Shown one piece after another: positions 56,383 to 64,000 of a stretch of DNA of 64,000 bases. Position numbers and translations under genes: made by a program. Each line of letters starts with the position of its first letter. Position 1 is the first letter of the stretch. Under the pieces are notes generated by a model. It had not been told where the DNA came from, did no database searches, and saw nothing but the letters and a program-made list of their open reading frames with translations. The DNA is taken from assembly GCA_036172245.1 (NCBI GenBank), contig JAYWIR010000007.1:3720001-3784000 (forward strand), in the 5' to 3' direction. Source of the DNA: Raillietiella orientalis (taxonomy: Eukaryota).

Positions 56383-57930
56383 TCACTGTTGGATGGAGGG
56401 CGGTGCACTCGCGCTTGTCACTTCAGCGATCTTTTGCAAGAGGTAGCGGTAAGTCCAGGCGGGTTTCTTACCACAATTCCTGATCCCAATTTCCCGTTTG
56501 ATGAGACCTTGTAAGATGTTCATGGAAGAGAACGTGGTCCCTGTATTCCTCATCTTCGTCCTTATCACAACACTCGTGATAAATAGGGAGATGGTGCTCC
56601 GTACCATGGGATTGTATCGCGGGACATTGTATTTCGTCGAACATTCTTGCTAGGATGTTTACTCTTGTGGTTCTCTGCAGGTCAATCAACATGCTCCAAT
56701 CCTGGTGTATCGTCGGGCAGGTGAGGACGCGGAGCTGTGTTTCCTTGTTTTCACACGCCTTGCAGAGCTCGTCTTGGATGTTTCAGTATGCTATCCTGTC
56801 TCCACTTAGAATGCCTCGATGGTAAAACAGGAGGATATTCTCTGAGTGTCTGGAGGTATGTCACTCTCAAAGAATGTAGTTCCAATCTCCTGCAAGTTCA
56901 CAGTCCTTGTCCAGTAGAGATTGGCAACCATGGCGAGGACGTCTTTTTCCTGATGATGTTGCTCCATTACGTCGCGGATGTTAGCTTTGGTGACCTGGAT
57001 CCAAGAGTTGGATGCCTGTTTCCAAAGTTCGCGCGTCTTACTGGTAAATCTTCCAGTCATGGTTTGAATGTAGTGGAACAGTCGCATCCTGAGGACGTTG
57101 CCACTGGTCACGAACTGTTCGCATTGGATGGTCGTTGTTGGTCTCTGGAACATCCACTTCCAGGTGTCCTGGGTACAGGTACAAAGTAAGGGATGACCAT
57201 GGCCAATTCTTCTCTCCACAACTCTGCTTCGCGGCACAATTTCGAAGCGGTGTTTGGCCATTAGTGCCTGAGTGCGTTTCCACGTGGGGTGGATGGTGCC
57301 CCAATCTCCATATTTGTCTATGAGCGCCGACATCTGGCCACTCGAGTGGTTGACGAGCCTCAAGTACGCCCTGTGGGCTGCATAAGGCCACTTTTCCCAA
57401 TCGGTAGTGAGGGCCCGGAGTTTCCGCGCATGCAGGTGTTCAGTGGCCTGAGGCAGCAACTTCATCCCTGTTCCCCCTTCTTCCTGCGCTCGGCACAGCA
57501 ACTTGAGTCTGACATACGGCTTGTACTCCGTCCAGATGATCTTCCTCTTCATCTTCTCCACTTCCGTCTTCGTCTTCTGGTCGATTCTGCAGAAGGTGGC
57601 CCTGAAGAGCACCTTAGGAAGGAGCACGTCATTCCACAAGTTGGCCCTCTGCTTCATGCTGAAGTCGACTCGGATGTACTTTGTCCCTTCTTCTCGGTCT
57701 TTCGCTAATATTTCTTTCCACGGGACCTGCTGCGAAGACGCATCCCCGATGTGGATTCCTAAATATTTCACGCCGTCCACCACGCGGAATGCCCTCTCTG
57801 TTAAGGCAGAGATGTCCACGATCCCGATGGGCAGAAGATGCGACTTTCGGGCGTTCGTGTTCAAGCCCAGCGCCTTCTCCATACTCTCCACTACACCAAT
57901 ACTTTCCATGATACTTTCAGCCAATGACAT
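56383..57930 (-). mobile_element. 5'-truncated, decayed non-LTR retrotransposon (L1/Tx1-like ORF2 3' half)
   Basis: ORF 56806-57930 contains the post-YADD reverse transcriptase region (GLNTNARKS, VKYLGI) and the EEGGTG motif. After a frameshift and a TGA at 56783-56785 there is a degenerate zinc knuckle (CKAC...ETQLRVLTCP...W, His replaced by Arg). Markedly higher GC than the flanks. No target-site duplication or poly(A) tail found. Confidence 0.85.
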
Positions 57931-60828
57931 GCTTGAATATCAAAATAACCACTAAAGCGTACTCTGTGTGTTACGAGTGTTGAGAATTTTTCGAGTTATG
58001 ATCGTAACGAAATATAATCAAATATGCAAAACAATAATAATAATACAATAGAAGGGTTTATTAACAAGAATACAATATTTTTATAAAGAAATTCACGGAA
58101 AAATTCAAGAAATGAACATAGGTTCACCATTCAATTCATGGAAATACCCATTCAATCCATTTTTTGCATAAGTATAGTAAATTTGAATACTTGTTTATTT
58201 TATGAATATGCAAAGTGCAAAATTAAAACAGTTAGATTCGTAAAGGAAGCAATGATTGAATCTTTCCCAAATTCTTATAAACACCTCAGGTCATTTCTCA
58301 ATCAGAGTTCAATGTTATTTTCTGCTTTAAGAGAGATTACTTTAAATAAATGAGAAAATCAAATACTTATAAAGAAAACATTGGCATCTAAAGAGTGCAG
58401 TATGACTCATTGTCTACTACTTTTTGTATTCGAGTGTATTCCACAGAATAACTGCAAGTGGTTGTCTTCTTAATGGGTCTTTTGTAAACCACAGGGACAC
58501 TAGAAAAACACATAGCACTTATGAATCGAATCCTGTAAGTCAGAATCAATTCTCAGATAAATTTCAGATTAATTTATGCACACAAACACGTTTTTTATCT
58601 GACGGATGAAGAAAACTAGAAGGTTGCATTTAAAAGTAGCTGCTCTCATTGAAGGCACTTCTTTCATCAATGGAAACATTGTGAAATAAAACAAATCTAT
58701 GTTTTGAAAATGCAAGCTTTATTGGCATGACAATTTGCCATTGTACTCGTTTAATCCATGAAGAGGGTTAGGGAAATTCAAGGCTTGTATTTTGATCCAG
58801 CAAATGCAACCTCTAGATGACGTTGCCTGAGATGAAGAGGTAAAAGGTATGGAAAAAAATTGCCGTTTGCGTTCGGTCAATCAAAAGGTGAACAAAGTGG
58901 CTTTATTAGGGGCAAGTTATAATTTGCAGTTAACTCTTTGCTGCTCTTCGTGATTGTGAGGAATACTATCAGTAGAAAAACGTTTTTCGATGGAGCAGTG
59001 GAATGGGGCATTGGGCACTTTGTTTTAGGTGTTTCGTTTCTGAGTGTGGGTTCGTTTTCCATCTTGAAACCTTGCACAATAAAAGCATCCTCTCTGCAAG
59101 ATTCAAGTTGACTCCTGCAGATACGCTTCTTCAGTCAAAAAATCCAACAGTGACACTTCCTTCTGGAAAAGTGTGTTTGGGGCAACAGAGTTGAGCGCCT
59201 GAAGAATCGCAGAGGACCCATTTGGTGCATCTGCAACGAGTGGCTGGGAAAAGGTCGGATCTCGAAAAGAGAATGCTGCACTGCAGTGCGTCGAAAGGCA
59301 GCACAGCGAGGTCACTTTCATGGGCAAAGCAGAGGCAGAACTTGGGAAGGGATGGAGCCCTGGTTGGGATTTCAATACCAGTGTTGCTGCAAATTATTTC
59401 GCAACCGAGCAGCTCACTGTGTGAACACATCCGCGGAAGTCAGTTGCGCCCTTGGCACTTCTTTGAGAAATGAAGGCTTCCTTCCCCGAGAGAAGGAAGT
59501 GCACAGGGGCATCCACGACAGGGTAGTTCACTCGTGCTGGGGGGAATGCTGGAGATGCGGCGATTAAGAATGTTGATCACGAGGGACAGCGGTGAGTGGA
59601 AAGACGTGGAAAGTGGAACACGTGGGAAGTCACGTGTTTCACTGCAACGAGTAGAAGCCTTGTGTCTCCATCTTTCTGGGAACCCCTCCAGCAGCCCTTG
59701 GAATTTCCAGTGCCAGGCACGGTGCGTCCCGTGTCGCAGGATGGTCGGGTATACTGGCAGGCGAGAGGAGATGCTGGCAAGAGACCTGGACATTCAGAGT
59801 CACTTTGAGAGATAGAAGCGAGCCCCGAATAGAAGGATTCGTTTTGGAGACACACCCACTCTCTTCCTCTGCCTCTTTCTCTCCTCTCGACGCCCAAGCA
59901 TCAGTGGTGATCTATTCCGTTCCCTCGACCTCTTTCCTTGGCCACCTGGAGATCTCTCCTGGAGAAAGGGAAACGGCGCACTGCTTGGCAGCCACAGGAG
60001 GAATCACCTCCCTCCCACTAGAGGGGGTTTCTCCACCCAGGCTGGCTTCGAGGTCACGGCTCGCAAAGTCGCAGACAATTTCCCCTCGTTCTGATTCGAA
60101 GGATGGGTTTCTGCTTTTCCCGAAGCTTCAGGAGCGATCGGAAGCCACCCTCAAGGGAGCTGAAATCGGCTCTCGACGGGAAACTTTTCCGGGAGGAGGA
60201 AGGAGGGAAGATCTTTGGGTCTTCGAGTTCCCTGGAGGCATCTACTTGGGTTAATCGCCACTCTTGAGGGGCTGAGCAGACTTCCAGCGGGGTAGTAAAG
60301 GGAGCCCTGACTCTTAAGGAGGGCACAGTGGGTCTCATGCCTGTTGGGAGAGGGGGGAGGAAGGCAAGAGCACACCTGTTATGGGATGCTCTCGGGAGTC
60401 AGCACTCCCGAGGGCATCCCTGGATGCGGAATTACCAGGATGTTGTCTTCTACTCCTCCCCCCCCAACTCTTTCCTCTGCTTTCCTTCCGGACTCGATCT
60501 TCCTCCGAAGGGTCTACGGGATCACAGGAGGGAAAGAGGGAGGAGGAGCGCGGAGAGGGAGGCTCCCCCTGCAGAAAGCGTCACAGGTCGTCCTCGCGAA
60601 GGGACGCTCGCGGCTCACCTGCTGAGGAATGAGGAGCATGGAAGCGCCATGGGAAGTACTCGGGAAAGCCAGGAGGGTGGGGTGGACACCTCGGGCCGTG
60701 GAGACGGGGTTCTGACCCTCTCGAAGATCCCTTTTTCCCTTCCCCCTCCCCCCGTTCTCCCCGCCTCCCTCGCTGCCTGCACAACAAGTCTTCTCGTCCG
60801 GGGGCCCTTGGAGGGCATCCCCTCTGCT

Positions 60829-60834
60829 TTTATT
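60829..60834 (-). terminator. Polyadenylation signal for the Gly/Tyr/His-rich peptide gene
   Basis: TTTATT on + (AATAAA on -), about 60 nt past the stop codon in otherwise GC-rich DNA. Confidence 0.65.
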
Positions 60835-60896
60835 GGGCCTGGGGTGAAGCCTCTCAGGCGGGTCGTCGGCGCGCTGCTCCACACGGGGGCGCCTCC

Positions 60897-61206
60897 TCAG
60901 TGGTAGCCGTGGCCTCCGGCGCGGAACGCGATGTCGTATGCCTCGTTGTAGCCGTCTCTCATGACCCTGACGGAGGATCCCAGGTACGGGTTCCAGTAGC
61001 CGTAGGCGAAGTTGCCGCTCCCGTAGGGTCCGTCGTGGTCGCCGTATCCCCCGTGGTGGGGATAGTGCCCCCCGTCGGCGAGCGCGCACAGGAACAGCAG
61101 CGGGAAGATCTGGAAGGCCCGGACTCCCCGGTCGGCTTCGGGATCATGACGGGGAACGCCCGCCGGACGGGCGGCTTACCGGCAGCAGGCGCAGCAAGGT
61201 CCTCAT
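60897..61206 (-). CDS. Small secreted Gly/Tyr/His-rich protein, 2 exons, 79 aa
   Basis: Exon 61180-61206 (MRTLLRLLP, gtaagc donor), 70-nt intron 61110-61179 (ttccag acceptor), exon 60897-61109 (IFPLLFLCALADGGHYPHHGGYGDHDGPYGSGNFAYGYWNPYLGSSVRVMRDGYNEAYDIAFRAGGHGYH*). Signal-peptide-like N-terminus, strong C/G-ending codon bias, and AATAAA downstream. Confidence 0.8.
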
Positions 61207-64000
61207 CTTGCGGTCTGGCCGCCCATGGGACGGACTCGGCGCCTTTTAACGTCTCTCTTGGAGACGGTTGACCGATGGCTCGGAACGGACACGCGCAGAG
61301 AGGGCGCGTCCTTCGCCGAGGAGAGAGGGGGGGGAGGAGCGGCGCATGAGGAAACCCTTAGCCTCCGCCCTCACTGGCCGCGGCAAGCCTCCTCACGTCC
61401 CCTACGGAAAAGGGGAACGGCAGAGGTGGTTCATCCGGACAAGAGTGCCTTGGGGAAGGCTCCAGCCTCCGGGACTCTCAGAAAAGCAGAGGGAAGAGGT
61501 GCTCCCCCCGGGAGAGGAGTCAGAGGAGGGGAAGAGAGAATCTCCCAGGAAACGCATGGAACTGCCGCGCTCCTCCCTGCTGAGCGCGAGGAGCCGCCCG
61601 TCCGGCTGGCTGGAAGGGAGCTGGGGAGGACGGCGTTCCAGGAAGCGGGCGGCACCCGGAGATGGGGGCGGCACGTTCCGCTAGGAAGGGCAGAGGGGAG
61701 GACAGGTCGGTATCCTCCTCTCCCGCTCTTCCCTTAGCTTATTCCCCCAAAGGTTCCGGATTCCTGACGGAAGCTTCTCAGGAAAACGAGAAGGGGGGGG
61801 GCAGGGAAGGACCCCTCCTCCTCTTCCTCCGACCTGCAGGTGCGAATCCTTCGGGAGCACGTGCGCCGACCCTTGTGTCTCCTGGCCTTCTCCAGGAAAA
61901 TTCCCACCACTCTCCCCGCTTCCTCAGGAGAGTTGGCTGGGAGGATCTGGAAGAGGAAGGAGGAGCTTTTCGCAGAAATCTGTCGCCATCCCTCCCTTAA
62001 AGGGCTTCCACAGACCGAAGTCCTAGCACGCGCCCCCCGTTCGTTACCCCGGGAAAGGTGTGAGTCAGCTCGTCGTCAAGGAAGAAACAAGCGGACGGTC
62101 CTTGATTCTCCTCCACCCCACCCCACCCCTTCCTTGATGATACGAAAGCACGAGAAAAATGAGGGAGGAGTCCTCTCACCTTTCCGAGGTGCCATCCTCT
62201 GGGGGAGAGGCTCCGGGTCGGACTTGCGCCCCCCTCAGGGACGTGCCATTTTTGCCCAGGTGGTCTAGGGCAAGGCCCTTCCTTTTCGCCTTCTGGACAG
62301 GGAGGAGGAGCACGGTCATCCCCATCCGGGATGACCTCCCACAAGGAGAGGGGGGACGGGGTAACTGGACCACCACGTGGCGCACCGCTGCCACGTGCGA
62401 CCTCGCAGACCATCTTGTCCGAGAGCGCTTTCCGATCCCAGTAGCCCGCTCTCCGCGAAAGGGGGAGAGACGAAAGGGGTCGAATGGGCGGAAGGAAGCC
62501 ACTGGTCCCCTCCTGCGCTCGCATCTTGGCCACTGTCCCTCGCATCCCCCTTCCTCACTCCCGCTGCCGGCTCACTCCCTCTTTCTCCTCGCCCTCGCCG
62601 ACGTCCCCGCAGTCCCAGAGGACACCGTGTCGCAGAAGCCCCTCCTCCTTCCTGGGCCTGAAAGGAGGAAAATCGACCTCTCCCCAAGCGCTTGAAAATG
62701 AGCTGCATCTTCCCGGTTGCGGTCGCAGGCGTTCGAAGACGAGAAGGTCGGCGAGAGGCGTCCTGGGGATAAGAGGGGCTCGTTTCTTGGGACACGAAAG
62801 CGATCTCTGGGGGGCTCTTCGACCTCCGTCAGGCCGGCGGCGACCTCCCGATGCGATCAACCGACAGGAATGCTCCCGTCCCCATGCAGCTTGCTGACGT
62901 ATCCTAAGTGGCTCCCAGTCTTCCAGATACCGAGATCCAGTTCCTCGTGAGGGATCCGCCTGAAAGCCTCCGCCCCCTCGCAAGCGGGCAGTTGGGAAAG
63001 GGAAAGGCATGCGTTGCTAAGGATTCCGCCTCTATCCGCCTAGCGCACGTCCAGACTAGGCGCTCATTGTTGGCGTTTCCGCTTAGCTTTCGACACAGTG
63101 CTGCCAGTTGGCTCTTTCTCCGAGCCATTTGGCCAGAAAATGAATTAACTGCTGCCGTGGGCTGGAGTGCTCAGCCATCCGCGGCAGGAGACGCTGCAGC
63201 CACCATTTCACCGGCGAGTAGGATGGGTTCCATTAGGCAAAGTGCACTCGTCGGAATCTCCCAAGTCCCCCCCCCCCTCCATCAGTCAGAACTCATCATC
63301 GCTCCGCTTTCCCCGTATACTGCTACTTCCTCATCTGCACCGGTAAACCCAGTTCTGGCTGCTTTTGATCCACCTGCTGCAGAAGAAAGCTCTTTGGATC
63401 TCCTACAAACCGCAAACCGACGCTCAGAAGGTCGCACACAGCGCAGTAATCGCACCCTCATGGCTCCTTGGTCTAGAAACCAATCCTTCCTCAAGTGCGG
63501 AAGCAGCCCGCGTACCCAAAATCGACCGAATCCGGAGAATCATTTTTCGTCAGCATCTAAAGTTCCACAAGGATGAACGAGTTTCCTTCCGTTCGGTGAC
63601 ATACAGTCCAGCCGAGCTTGTTCCCTCCCCCCCCCCCTCCTCCCTCTTTCCTTCAGGATTCGTATTTTCTAAACTCGGTGTCTAAAACTGAATGAATAGC
63701 ATATTTCGGCTTGACTCTTCAAGCCCAACCTCAAGACGAAATTGATATAAGGAACTGGTGAACATTCAGTCTGGTCATCAATTGCACCAAACTAATCCAG
63801 GAAATCTGCAGCGTATCACAGTGGTACATTCGATCAAGCTTCTATAAAGGAAGAGACTTCGGATACATTTTTTTTCCTTCTTTGGCTCAACCGGGGATGC
63901 AGGTGATTCGTCGCTTGCAGGCAAGTCGACTGTTGAGATCCAGTGAAGTCAGCAGTCTTTTGTAATCCAGCGATGTCCGTTCCAACGATGTGGAACAATT

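Overview
This is animal genomic DNA, most likely from an ecdysozoan invertebrate; the species cannot be named from sequence alone. The first 21 kb holds the 3' part of a twitchin/projectin giant muscle kinase gene (+ strand; 64 exons and 63 mostly tiny GT-AG introns traced by hand). A complete 13-exon GABA-transporter-type SLC6 gene converges on it (- strand, 23.6-39.0 kb). An AT-rich, CpG-poor block at about 45.5-59 kb carries an XK-related scramblase-family gene tail-to-tail with UBA5, a CDCA3/TOME-1-like gene that the ORF track misses, and a 5'-truncated L1/Tx1-like LINE. GC-rich DNA resumes near 59 kb and contains an unannotated two-exon gene for a small secreted Gly/Tyr/His-rich peptide. 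The most interesting signals are fold-back structure in the longer twitchin introns, sharp GC/CpG compartments consistent with mosaic gene-body methylation, 38-43 nt introns, and the two hidden small genes. Most GC-rich ORFs in the track are spurious. Splice models come from manual reading plus protein-family expectation, not from RNA data.
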